In this document: positions 9,551-18,793 of the stretch, piece after piece
Numbering within the stretch: position 1 is the first letter of the stretch
Layout: each line of letters begins with the position of its first letter
Assembly: GCA_964522375.1 (NCBI GenBank)
Contig: CAZFVB010000001.1
Span: forward strand, 33,041-97,040
DNA: 64,000 nt
Source of the DNA: an uncultured Chloroflexota bacterium
GTDB taxonomy: Bacteria > Chloroflexota > UBA11872
Direction of reading: 5' to 3'
Notes under the pieces: model-generated
Databases searched by the model: none
What the model was told of the DNA's origin: nothing
What the model saw: only the letters and a program-made list of their open reading frames with translations
Made by a program: the position numbers and the translations under genes

Positions 9551-10804
9551 CTATGATTGGATATACGGAATTGTGAATGGGCCTCGGGGAAGCACGCATG
9601 TCCTGCTTTTCGGTCCGGACAATTCGTTCATGCGCTCACTTATGTTTGTGCATGGGACACAATGAGCAGACCGGATCTCATTTTCACTAAGACCGTCTGT
9701 ATAAAGATGGATGGTTGCCTGCGATAGCACGCGACCAAATATTTGGTTTTGCCATTGGTCACTTCGGACATGCGGGGCCGCAGCGATGGTTTTCACCATG
9801 TCGGCTGCAGAGTTGTTTTCTTTCAAGATATGGGCGAAATCTCCGTGCCCAATGCCATCACGACATTCTGCTGCCATGACAATGTGCCCGCCTGATTTCA
9901 CGATCTGATTGGCAGCATCCATACCTTTTACAGCTTGATACAGATTTAGGTCGAGCGGATGTCCCCCATTTGTTGTCACGACTACGTCGTACGGTTTTTC
10001 GACTGGTTGCATCGCAGCATTCAGCACCGCCTGACAGCCCTGTTGGTGAGAGGCTTCCATATTTCCAGCGAAAATTCCTGAGATAGATCCGTCCGCGGTG
10101 ATCGAGACGTTCAGACTAAAATCGCAACCAGCCAGCAATGCTGCTTCGAGTTGTTCTTGGTGAACAGGATTTCCGGTTAGCGTGCCCCACCGGGCGTTTG
10201 GATGGCTGATCATCGCAAAATCGTGATTGTTGAGAATGCTGTGCTCACCGGCTATTCCAGGCATTACTAATTTGGGACCGCCACTGAATCCGGCAAAAAA
10301 GTGAGGCTCAATCAATCCAAGTGTGATTCGAATATCCGCATCCAGGTAACGCTGATTTACGATGACCGGACGACCAGAAGAGGTTGTTCCTATATCGCGA
10401 AGGCATGTCGGGTCACGGGCATCATGGTTGATGATTCGAAGTCGTTTGCGAAGGTCAGCTCCGAGCATCCGGTCAAGTTCGTCCTCTCGCGTAGCTCGGT
10501 GAAGGCCGGTTGCGATTAGTATTTCCACACGGTCTTCCGCGTCTGGTCCAAGTTCGGGTAATACTGCCTCTAGCATTAATTTGTTGGGGGCTGGTCTCGT
10601 GCTGTCAGACATAACGATGACAACTGATTCTTTGCCCTGTGCGAGTGTCCGGAGCGGCGGGCTTTCGATAGGTTGCTGTAATGTTCGACGCAGTTCAGCT
10701 AGCGGGTTACCGATCCTTGGGGGATCGTGTGGCTCAATAACGTCGACTGAGCCGGGAGGGTCAATCGTCAGACGGCCTTCACCGTAAGCTAGTGCTACAG
10801 CCAT
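9551..10804 (-). CDS. LarA-family (nickel-pincer nucleotide-dependent) lactate racemase homolog (DUF2088)
   Basis: About 417 aa. The N-terminus MAVALAYGEGRLTIDPP...VVIVMSDSTRPAPNKLMLEAVLPEL matches the LarA N-terminal pattern (VVIVVSDITRPTP in L. plantarum LarA). Overall length also fits. No larB, larC or larE in the window. Confidence 0.65.
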   Translation of the reverse strand: MAVALAYGEGRLTIDPPGSVDVIEPHDPPRIGNPLAELRRTLQQPIESPPLRTLAQGKESVVIVMSDSTRPAPNKLMLEAVLPELGPDAEDRVEILIATGLHRATREDELDRMLGADLRKRLRIINHDARDPTCLRDIGTTSSGRPVIVNQRYLDADIRITLGLIEPHFFAGFSGGPKLVMPGIAGEHSILNNHDFAMISHPNARWGTLTGNPVHQEQLEAALLAGCDFSLNVSITADGSISGIFAGNMEASHQQGCQAVLNAAMQPVEKPYDVVVTTNGGHPLDLNLYQAVKGMDAANQIVKSGGHIVMAAECRDGIGHGDFAHILKENNSAADMVKTIAAAPHVRSDQWQNQIFGRVLSQATIHLYTDGLSENEIRSAHCVPCTNISERMNELSGPKSRTCVLPRGPFTIPYIQS

Positions 10805-10982
10805 ATGGATTACGTCAAGATGCAAGCGGTATCGTGAAGTTTAGGGGAAAAGGGTTTCAGAGCATATTTCCGTGTTAACATAATCGCCCTTTTCCGGTGA
10901 CGCACAAATCCGGTCCATGTGGCTGTATCAGGCACAGTGGTTTGCAGGGCGGAACCGAAATGCTTCTGGAAAGTTTTCTCTA

Positions 10983-11849
10983 ATGATGGATGTGACGATT
11001 GATGAATTTGTTCGTCATTTAGATGACGAACGCGGATTGGCAGCAAACACTCTTGCTGCCTATAGAAGTGATCTTCTTCAGTTTGAGGAGTTCGTTCGAG
11101 GTAGTCGCTATCAAGGCTGGGATGTCCCGCCCAAACTCGTTCGTGAGTTCATGTCTGACTTGGTTCATCGCGAATATCGGCAGGCGTCTCAGGCCCGCAA
11201 GCTGGCGGCTGTAAAGGCTCTATACAGGTACTTGAAACTAAACAATAGGGTGGTAAATGATCCAACCACTGGCTTGGGAGGAGCACCTGTTGCTAAACGT
11301 CGACCCCAGGTGATCTCTACATCTGATGTTGAACGCTTACTTGAACAGGCTGCTGATCCATCAACGCCGGAGGAAATGCGGGATCGTGCAATGCTTGAGA
11401 CCTTGTATGCGACGGGTTTACGGGTATCTGAGCTTGTCGCTCTCGATCTTGAGGCCGTAGACGCTGGTTTTCAGCGAGTAACTTTAGGCAGCGCCACCAG
11501 TCGGTCCAGAACCGTCCCACTAAATGAACGCGCGGGGGAAGCGCTCCGTGTATACATTGATGACGGTCGGACAAAGTTGCTTAGACAGGCAGATGAGCCG
11601 GCCGTATTCCTGAATCACAGAGGTAAACGTCTCACGCGTCAAGGATTCTGGCTCATAGTTAAGGCGTACGCGAGTCGTGCGCGTATTGAGAAGACTATTA
11701 CTCCGCATACGCTTCGCCACTCGTTTGCAACGCATCGTTTGCAGGGAGAGGGAAATGTACGTGAGATCCAGGAATTGCTGGGCCACGCGAGTTCTTCAAC
11801 AACTAAGGTTTATGCAGAGTTGGCCCGGGAGGCAAGAGAGGGAGTCTGA
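10983..11849 (+). CDS. Tyrosine site-specific recombinase, XerC/XerD family
   Basis: N-terminal SAM-like domain (LAANTLAAYRSDLLQFEEF). C-terminal catalytic motifs TPHTLRHSFATHRLQGEGNVREIQELLGHASSSTTKVYAEL containing the R..H..R..Y tyrosine. The start is taken at MMDVT. Confidence 0.75.
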   Translation: MMDVTIDEFVRHLDDERGLAANTLAAYRSDLLQFEEFVRGSRYQGWDVPPKLVREFMSDLVHREYRQASQARKLAAVKALYRYLKLNNRVVNDPTTGLGGAPVAKRRPQVISTSDVERLLEQAADPSTPEEMRDRAMLETLYATGLRVSELVALDLEAVDAGFQRVTLGSATSRSRTVPLNERAGEALRVYIDDGRTKLLRQADEPAVFLNHRGKRLTRQGFWLIVKAYASRARIEKTITPHTLRHSFATHRLQGEGNVREIQELLGHASSSTTKVYAELAREAREGV

Positions 11850-11969
11850 ACGTTGTGGTGAGACATGTGTGCAATCCTAAAATTGGGCAGCGCACTGTGT
11901 CTCGATTACCGCGCAGGAAGCAGCTCAACTTCACAACTTAGATGAAGTAAATGATGACGGTTGGGCCTC

Positions 11970-13517
11970 TCAGGTCCAGCCAAAGCCATAGAGTCGAGCT
12001 CGTTTGATATAAAACCGGACTGCGGCGTAGTCAGTTGGGCACACATCGCCACCCAGCCAATGTAATGTTTGAGCTTTGGATTCTCCATGCCAGACTTGAT
12101 AGTCGGCCCTTGTAAAGCCTTCTATAGGGTTGCCTTCAGAATCAATGAGCTCGGCTGCAAGCTCACCTTCTCCGACGGTTGACGTAACTGCGTTCACGCT
12201 CAGGCGCTTTCCGCCTGCGGGTAATAGAAACGATGTTAAAGAGGCTTCGTGTGGACCCCCGGCTGCGGATACAGCAGCCCAGTATCGGTCTTTCTCCCAG
12301 CTTGCCCGACAAAGTGCGGCATGGAATGGGTAAATAGTGTTGGTGCTTGAAAAAGGGTCGCCATGCAGGCCTTCAGAAGCCGCGTAGTACACATACATTC
12401 GGCCGTTGTCTTCCACCAGTTCACGAGTCGCCCAAAGCATGCCGCCTCCATAGTCGCCCAGACGGCGCACTGGAACAGCAGGCTCTCGTGACGGACGGCT
12501 CCAGGTTCGACCATTGGGGCTTCCGGCTAGCTGTAAATCAGTCGTCTGGGCGAGGTTGTGATACACGGTGAGGACGCCAAGGAATCCTTCGGTAACCCGG
12601 CCTAGACAAAGTTCCATAAATTGCAAGTCTTGTGGATCGCGCCAGTCCGGTTGGACGATGGTTTCGAGCGGGCTCCACACGGAGCCGTCCGGGCTGGTGC
12701 GGCGGGCAAGAACTCTCCGACCATCAGTGAAAATGTCGTACGGCACGAATCCGCCCGGCTGTATTGGTTCACCGATCTTGCTGTACACCGTATATGTGCC
12801 GTCGTCCATCTGATGGAAGAGCGCGTTATCGGCTGCGTTGTCTGGTCGGTCGTACGGCGTGATCATACGTTCGCCCGGGACTGCGGTTACGATAATTGGA
12901 CCCTCGGTGGCTATCCAACGGATCCCGTCTTCGGACCAATAGCGGTAAATCCCATACGGATGTTGCTCAGTGCCAGGCTCGAGCGGGATGTCGCCAATTT
13001 GTCTTGGTGAGCCCTCAGGCCGACCAGGAGATCGCAGGATAAACATCTCGTAGCGACGATCCTTTTCGGCTTCTGGATGGATGATGACTGAGGCATACAT
13101 GCAGGTCCCACCCGAATCGAAGTCAAGCAGGATGTTGGTCTTGGGGTGTCCAGGCCGGGCAACTACGTCTAAAAGTGGACGCTCCCAGTTCACGCCATCC
13201 GCAGAGACTGCGTACGTCAAACATCGGCTCGCTTCGAAGTCGCCTAGATCCTCTTTAGTGGAGATGTTCCATATTTTCCACAGTCCGTCGATTGGGTCGC
13301 GTAATACGGTTCCGTGAGCAAAAAATGCGCCAGAGTCCCAGGGGAATCGTGGTTCAACCAGCGGATTTTGAGGGTCGATCTCGGCTGTCTCAAGCCGCCA
13401 TGCGATTCCGTGATGGTCGGCGACGTCTGTTTCCAGAATCATCGAAAGGCAATTTGTTCGTACCAGTGGACCTCCGACGCTAATTCCCACTAATTCCTCC
13501 CAAGTTCGATCGGCCAA
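11970..13517 (-). CDS. Five-bladed beta-propeller glycoside hydrolase-like protein (clan GH-J, GH32/GH68-like motifs), cytoplasmic
   Basis: 515 aa with no signal peptide. The motifs LRDPIDGLWKIW (DP nucleophile blade), WRDPQD (RDP) and MELCLG (EC acid/base) match the GH32 fructofuranosidase catalytic triad pattern. Assignment is by motif only. Confidence 0.35.
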   Translation of the reverse strand: MADRTWEELVGISVGGPLVRTNCLSMILETDVADHHGIAWRLETAEIDPQNPLVEPRFPWDSGAFFAHGTVLRDPIDGLWKIWNISTKEDLGDFEASRCLTYAVSADGVNWERPLLDVVARPGHPKTNILLDFDSGGTCMYASVIIHPEAEKDRRYEMFILRSPGRPEGSPRQIGDIPLEPGTEQHPYGIYRYWSEDGIRWIATEGPIIVTAVPGERMITPYDRPDNAADNALFHQMDDGTYTVYSKIGEPIQPGGFVPYDIFTDGRRVLARRTSPDGSVWSPLETIVQPDWRDPQDLQFMELCLGRVTEGFLGVLTVYHNLAQTTDLQLAGSPNGRTWSRPSREPAVPVRRLGDYGGGMLWATRELVEDNGRMYVYYAASEGLHGDPFSSTNTIYPFHAALCRASWEKDRYWAAVSAAGGPHEASLTSFLLPAGGKRLSVNAVTSTVGEGELAAELIDSEGNPIEGFTRADYQVWHGESKAQTLHWLGGDVCPTDYAAVRFYIKRARLYGFGWT

Positions 13518-13566
13518 TTACGGTGGTGTGACGGGCGGGTTTCGTGATGCTATCAGTTGAATCCCA

Positions 13567-14271
13567 TTAGCTACGACGCAAACGGAGTAGGTGTATCAAG
13601 AAACGTAGACCTTCCGCGATTGACGCTTTGCTTGTGGCACGTAATCGCCGATCAAACGTGTATGGAACATCTACAACTATTGTTCCTTGTCCCCGAACCA
13701 GGCATTCCAGAAGGATTTTGAAGCCAACTGGGTGCAGGTGAGATTTGGAAATCAGGACCCGACGGCATGCAAAAAACCCGCTCAAGGGATCTGTTGTTTT
13801 TCGAGCGGCTGGTAATAGCATCTGTGCTAATCGTGACGACCCCGAACTTACAAGTTGTCGCCATCGATTGCTTAGGCCAAGTTCGTGGCCGCCGACGGTA
13901 TACCGACTCGCAACTGCAAAGTCAGCGCCTTCGTGTATGGCCGCGACTAAACGAGGAGCAATCGCAGGCGGGTGCTGTAAGTCGCCGTCCATAATGATCA
14001 CTATTTCCTCTGTAATCTTGTTGAGCGCGTCGACTACGGCTTGGGCCAAGCCACGGCGTGTTGAACTGTGCTGGACGTCTACACACGGATAGGACTTCAT
14101 TAGATTCTTGATTTCCTCTGTTGTGCCGTCGTTACTGTCATCAGCGAAAAAAATACGAATCTGTGTTTTTCCGAACGCTCGGATCGTTTGTTCGATGACC
14201 GGCGCGATGTTGCCCAGTTCATTAAATGTGGGCACGATTACGGCGATAGAGGGCGTAGCGTTAACCGTCAT
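13567..14271 (-). CDS. Glycosyltransferase family 2, polyprenol-phosphate sugar synthase (DPM1-like)
   Basis: Motifs IAVIVPTFNELGNI, FFADDSNDGT and IIMDGDLQHPP (DxD region). The start is taken at MTVNATPS. Confidence 0.7.
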   Translation of the reverse strand: MTVNATPSIAVIVPTFNELGNIAPVIEQTIRAFGKTQIRIFFADDSNDGTTEEIKNLMKSYPCVDVQHSSTRRGLAQAVVDALNKITEEIVIIMDGDLQHPPAIAPRLVAAIHEGADFAVASRYTVGGHELGLSNRWRQLVSSGSSRLAQMLLPAARKTTDPLSGFFACRRVLISKSHLHPVGFKILLECLVRGQGTIVVDVPYTFDRRLRATSKASIAEGLRFLIHLLRLRRS

Positions 14272-14397
14272 ACGAGGAAGGGCATCGCACGCGTTCATTA
14301 AGCGAGGCGAGCGTAGCATTAACGATGGACAGCTTTCTCGTTAGATGTGGAGTGAATCGTCTCGCCTCAACAATCTTAGAAAGGAAGTTTAGGACCT

Positions 14398-14709
14398 GTG
14401 GCCTTTGATGCACGAGATCGAACTACCGCGGTAGACATTCGTCGTGTGGGCGATGAGGCGCTTGAGGTTGATTGGAAGGATGGAAGCACCTCTGTTATTG
14501 AGTTGTGGACGATTCGCGTATCGTGCGGCTGTGCTGGCTGTTGCAATGAGCTCACAGGGGAACCCGTGCTAGATCCGGACACCGTTCCTCGCGATGTTAG
14601 GGCTAATCGTATTGCACCTGTGGGGAACTACGCGATCACGTTCGAATGGAGTGATGGTCACGATACCGGGATTTATCCGTGGGAGATCATCAGGGAATTG
14701 GCTGACTAG
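14398..14709 (+). CDS. DUF971 domain protein (gamma-butyrobetaine hydroxylase-like N-terminal domain)
   Basis: 103 aa. Motifs CGCAGCC and C-terminal DGHDTGIYPWEIIREL match the DUF971 pattern (DGHDSGIYSWDYL). Confidence 0.55.
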   Translation: MAFDARDRTTAVDIRRVGDEALEVDWKDGSTSVIELWTIRVSCGCAGCCNELTGEPVLDPDTVPRDVRANRIAPVGNYAITFEWSDGHDTGIYPWEIIRELAD

Positions 14710-15899
14710 CGAGGATTGCTGGCGGGGCGGGATAGGGATTTGCGACGCTGGCGGAGCGCTGCTATTCCAAGTACGGCGGGAGTACTGAGCAAGATAGTCG
14801 CGAGGCCGAGCTTGGTTCCAAGTTTCCCCTGGGCACTCGAGAGAGCTGCGATTCCCTTTCGGTTTAGCTCGGGAACAGGAGTCGAGCTATGGTTGAACTG
14901 AACTGGTTCGGTGGACTGATTAATGGCGGCTACTGCCATGGGGTGTTGACCGACGATGGTGGTTGTCTGTAGTTGTTGCGTCTTTGTGTTTACAACGGAC
15001 ACCGTATGATCTGAAGAATTGGTGACGAATACCCAGCGGTCGTCCTCCGAAACCGTAATGCCCGTGGGTCTGTGGCCGATTGTGACCCGGTTTACTAGCG
15101 TGCCAGTCGAAGCGTCGTAGATTGCTAATTGATTAGTGAGGTGACAGGACACATACAGGTGCTGGAGATTCGCCACGAGACCTAGATCGTGTGGTTGTGC
15201 GCATCCTTTTAGCACTTTCTTGGTCTGTTGATGGTTAGTGTCGATAACAGCTACACCATTGTGGGAGGTGACGAACAGTGAATGGCCGTCCTCACTAAAA
15301 ACAAGGTTTGTCGGGTTTGGCCCTACGGGGATTTGTTTGATCACGTGCAACGACTGTCTCTCAATCAGGCTGACTGTTCCATCGTGATGATTAGTAATTG
15401 CCAGAACGTCATGATGAGGCGAGATTGATAGTCCGATTGGACGAGCACCAACCGGGATTCTTTTGACCACAGTGCTTGTGTCGAGGTCAACAATTGCGAG
15501 ATCGTTGTTGAGGGAATCTATGACGTATAAAAGAGGTGAAAACGGATCGAAAAGCAGAGCCTCAGGTCGTCCGGCCAATGGGACAGTGGCGATCACGGTT
15601 TTCGTGCTCATATCAATAACAGAAAGATCCCTGCTTTTTCCATTAGCAGTCCACACTTGATTCTTTGATGGCCTAAATGCAACGGCCTGTGCTCCTTCGC
15701 CTACTCGTATCCGGTCAATGGGAGCGTGGTTGGTTCCGTCCAAGACGGTGACAGAACTATCTCCGGTGTTTGTTACGTAGATTGCGCCTCTACCATCAGC
15801 ATGACTGCTCGTAGCGAGAACTCCGCTGAGGATGAGGCTCACCGACAGGAGGGTGGGAAAACACAGTCGCCCCACGTGCTTAGCGGTTATGACAGACAT
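14706..15899 (-). CDS. Secreted YVTN-type beta-propeller repeat protein with C-terminal membrane anchor
   Basis: Signal peptide MSVITAKHVGRLCFPTLLSVSLILSGVLATSSHA followed by repeated units of about 40 aa (YVTNTGDSSVTV, YVIDSLNNDLAIVD, AITNHHDGTVSLIE, FVTSHNGVAVID, YVSCHLTNQLAIYD, FVTNSSDHTVSVVN). The C-terminus has a hydrophobic helix LGLATILLSTPAVLGIAAL followed by basic RQRRKS. The start is moved to the ATG preceding the signal peptide. Confidence 0.55.
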   Translation of the reverse strand: MSVITAKHVGRLCFPTLLSVSLILSGVLATSSHADGRGAIYVTNTGDSSVTVLDGTNHAPIDRIRVGEGAQAVAFRPSKNQVWTANGKSRDLSVIDMSTKTVIATVPLAGRPEALLFDPFSPLLYVIDSLNNDLAIVDLDTSTVVKRIPVGARPIGLSISPHHDVLAITNHHDGTVSLIERQSLHVIKQIPVGPNPTNLVFSEDGHSLFVTSHNGVAVIDTNHQQTKKVLKGCAQPHDLGLVANLQHLYVSCHLTNQLAIYDASTGTLVNRVTIGHRPTGITVSEDDRWVFVTNSSDHTVSVVNTKTQQLQTTTIVGQHPMAVAAINQSTEPVQFNHSSTPVPELNRKGIAALSSAQGKLGTKLGLATILLSTPAVLGIAALRQRRKSLSRPASNPR

Positions 15900-16115
15900 G
15901 CCTTTTACTATAAGCAGTGTTAGGTAACGTTGAATCAATGTTTCTGAATGCCGAATACGTTGACCATCTTGATCTAACTTCACAGTAAGCCACGAACACA
16001 TAAGCTTTGATTGAATCTGTACTGATCCCAATGCAAAGCCTTGGCCTTCGTGATTGCAAGGTTCGGACGATTTCTTGACTCTCAACGCGATGGTCGTTAA
16101 TCACCATTCGCTATG

Positions 16116-16955
16116 TCAGATGTCTGTTTCGGAAGAGGAATGTTCCACAGTTTTCTCGTGTCGTCTCTGCATCTCAGGTTCTTGCCAGGTTAAGAATGCT
16201 TCTTCCATGCTGCGAGCTCGCTTAGAGGATGGCGGTAGTGGTGCTTCGATTTCAGCGAGCGAGATACGATCATTTCCCCAGGCGTAGGCCACCACTTCGC
16301 CTTTGCTGACAATAAGATTTACCCCAACATTTGCTTCTACGACGGGCACACCGTTTTCCCGTGCACGCGCGATGACTGCTTCATTTTGGTGTCGGCGACG
16401 AGAGCCATATGCTGGGATCAACAGGATTTGGGCGCCGTCCATGACTTGTGTTCGAGCAACATCGGGGTTCCATCGGTCGTTGCAGATCATGATTCCGACT
16501 CGACCTAATGATGTGTCGATTGCTCGTAGTGATTGGCCAACGCGATTAAAGTCCCAGTTGGGCGCTGTACCCTCGGCGAGTAGCACTTTTTGATAAGTCC
16601 CACATATTTGTCCACTTGGCCCGAGAACTACGGCTGTGTTGTAGATACCGGTATCTCGACGTTCGGCGAAGCCAAAACATAAGACGATGCCCAGTTCATC
16701 GGCGATGGCTCGAAAACGTTGTACATATGGCCCATCCATTGGTTCCGCAATTTCCCACATGTCGGGACGTCGTTCGTGGTGATAGATGGCATCCATCACC
16801 ACGTAGCCTTCCAGAAACCCTTCAGGCGCAACGACTAACTCTGCTCCCCTCTGAGCCGCGCGTCTGACAAACATTTCAAGCTTGTCAGCGTTTGATGGCT
16901 TATCCCATTTTTTTGGTCGAAGCGACAGGGCAGCCGCTTGAATTGCTCTGTACAT
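16116..16955 (-). CDS. Carbon-nitrogen hydrolase (nitrilase superfamily)
   Basis: 279 aa. Catalytic Cys motif GIMICNDRWNP and the E-K-C triad layout typical of CN hydrolases. Confidence 0.7.
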   Translation of the reverse strand: MYRAIQAAALSLRPKKWDKPSNADKLEMFVRRAAQRGAELVVAPEGFLEGYVVMDAIYHHERRPDMWEIAEPMDGPYVQRFRAIADELGIVLCFGFAERRDTGIYNTAVVLGPSGQICGTYQKVLLAEGTAPNWDFNRVGQSLRAIDTSLGRVGIMICNDRWNPDVARTQVMDGAQILLIPAYGSRRRHQNEAVIARARENGVPVVEANVGVNLIVSKGEVVAYAWGNDRISLAEIEAPLPPSSKRARSMEEAFLTWQEPEMQRRHEKTVEHSSSETDI

Positions 16956-17058
16956 CCAGGGTTGCTCGTCTACGAACCTTCAGTTCGAACGTGAGTTCTA
17001 AGATTTACCACACAATGGTGCATAGGGGTTGACGACGAGCACAAATAGCTGAGTCTTT

Positions 17059-17610
17059 TTAGGTTTTTCGGTCACGAGGTCCAAGCCACTCGCGATCCGT
17101 GGTATTGGCCTCATGATTAATTGCACGTGCCATTTCGAACAGGACATCGCTTAAGCGGTTGAGGAAAATCGTTGTTTCCGGTCTGATACTTGCTTCTTTT
17201 CCTAGGCGAAGAGTTTCACGCTCTGCCCGACGGCAGATGGATCGCCCGAGGTTTACACCGGCCGCTGTCGGTGTGCCACCAGGCAGGATGAAGTGTCGGA
17301 GTGGTGGAAGGGAAGATCGGTAAGCTTGGAGCCACTCGTCGAGTGTTCGCACATCTTTTTGGTCAACAAAATCTCCGTGCTCTGCATGTGCCGGGTTTGC
17401 CAATTCTGAACCCAGCGCAAACAGTCGATCTTGGATCCATACGAGTCTTTCGGCATGTTGGTGACTGGGGTCGGAGCTGAGCACGAGTCCAATCGCAGAA
17501 TTTAGTTCGTCTATCGCCCCGAGTACCGCGAAGATCTGGTGGGTTTTGGAGATTCGTTGGCCGCCGTACAGGCTGGTTTCTCCGCTATCGCCTCGGTGTT
17601 GAGTGCTCAT
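17059..17610 (-). CDS. PduO-type ATP:cob(I)alamin adenosyltransferase
   Basis: 183 aa. N-terminal GDSGETSLYGGQRISKTHQIFAVLGAIDELNSAIG matches the PduO/MMAB-type motif (TRTGDxGxTSL...K). Confidence 0.7.
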   Translation of the reverse strand: MSTQHRGDSGETSLYGGQRISKTHQIFAVLGAIDELNSAIGLVLSSDPSHQHAERLVWIQDRLFALGSELANPAHAEHGDFVDQKDVRTLDEWLQAYRSSLPPLRHFILPGGTPTAAGVNLGRSICRRAERETLRLGKEASIRPETTIFLNRLSDVLFEMARAINHEANTTDREWLGPRDRKT

Positions 17611-17644
17611 GGTGTTCCAGTATCGACGAACAGGCGGCTCGCTG

Positions 17645-18616
17645 TCACCGTAGTGTTTCGGAGGATAGGAGAGTTTGTTCGAAGAACTCTGTTGTCGCGG
17701 AAACCACAGCTTCTGAACCTGAATCGAGAAGATGACCCTGATCCGGATATAAGTGCAGCGTAGTTTGGATCCCTTCTGAAAGCAGGGCGCGATGTATCTT
17801 CTTAGCCCAGGCTGGATTTATCACTTGATCGGCTTCCCCTTGGTGGATGTCGATGGGCCCACGTGCATAGCCCAGATAGTTTCCGGTAGAAAGGGTGGCT
17901 CGAAGGTTTTTGGAAGAGTCGCTGGACGGTAATCGATAGTAAGTGGTGAGATCATTCATCCATGGACTCATGGGTGCCCACAAAGCAACCGGGCCTATAT
18001 TTTTATCAACTACGGCGGCACGGAGGGCAAGTTCTCCTCCTAGGCTGTGCCCCCAAATTCCGATGGGACCTGACAGCGCCTCGGGCAGGTTTCGGGCTGC
18101 TGCCGCGAGGTTGAGTACATCTATTGCGAATTCGAGGCGAATTCCAAGGTTTAATGAGGAGCCGTCATCTGAACCCCCGAGTCCCCGGTAGTCAGAAGCT
18201 AGCGTGATAAATCCTCGAGACGCGAGAGCCTTTGCCATGGTTCTAGTGCCTTCCCCGGTCTTATATCGGGAGGGAAGAGCGTAGCCATGATTAAGTAAAA
18301 CGACGGGAAATGGTCCCGAGCCCGTCGGGATGGAAGCTATACCGGTTATACGTAGTTCGTCAGAGATATAGGTCATGACATATGAGGTATAGGTCGGGCG
18401 ACGGATCGCAACGTCGCGCAAACGAATTTCTCCCGGCTCATATGTTCGGGCCAGAAGAGCTGGGATGGAAAGTTGGGAGCCTCCTAGGCTCGACTTGTCA
18501 GGTTTGCCAAATGTTGTCCAAAGGTCACAAGCGGTGAGAGGCAGTCCGACAGCGAAGGCAGTTAGAGCGCTAAGTGCTTTTCGCCGGGAGATGGGCGTCT
18601 GTTGGATTCGTGTCAT
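17645..18616 (-). CDS. Alpha/beta-hydrolase (dienelactone hydrolase/esterase-like) lipoprotein with Tat-type signal
   Basis: N-terminus SRRKALSALTAFAVGLPLTAC has a twin-arginine motif plus a lipobox. Nucleophile elbow IWGHSLGG. Confidence 0.6.
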   Translation of the reverse strand: MTRIQQTPISRRKALSALTAFAVGLPLTACDLWTTFGKPDKSSLGGSQLSIPALLARTYEPGEIRLRDVAIRRPTYTSYVMTYISDELRITGIASIPTGSGPFPVVLLNHGYALPSRYKTGEGTRTMAKALASRGFITLASDYRGLGGSDDGSSLNLGIRLEFAIDVLNLAAAARNLPEALSGPIGIWGHSLGGELALRAAVVDKNIGPVALWAPMSPWMNDLTTYYRLPSSDSSKNLRATLSTGNYLGYARGPIDIHQGEADQVINPAWAKKIHRALLSEGIQTTLHLYPDQGHLLDSGSEAVVSATTEFFEQTLLSSETLR

Positions 18617-18793
18617 CAGGTTTTGACCTTAGCAGGCAATGAGAACTTCTCTACCGTCTTATCGGAAAGGTTGTCCCGTGGGGACCTCTTGGGTACGTTC
18701 CGACCCCGTCATTCAGTGGGGGGCATTTGTTAGGGCCAGATGGATAAGTTGCGTGGAAAGGATTTGTGGTTCCGAGTCGTACCCAGCCGACGA

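Noticed and set aside
10983-11849. XerC/D-like recombinase as a marker of an integrated mobile element
   Set aside because: There are no flanking direct repeats, no tRNA or tmRNA target, and no phage or conjugation genes. The size and motifs fit a chromosomal Xer dimer-resolution recombinase.
18617-18793. Possible small RNA in the 177-nt gap between the Tat-lipoprotein hydrolase and plsX
   Set aside because: No convincing conserved-structure hallmarks (SRP, 6S, tmRNA or RNase P motifs) are visible. The plus-strand ORF 18639-18965 runs on into the minus-strand plsX coding region and has biased composition, so it is probably spurious.
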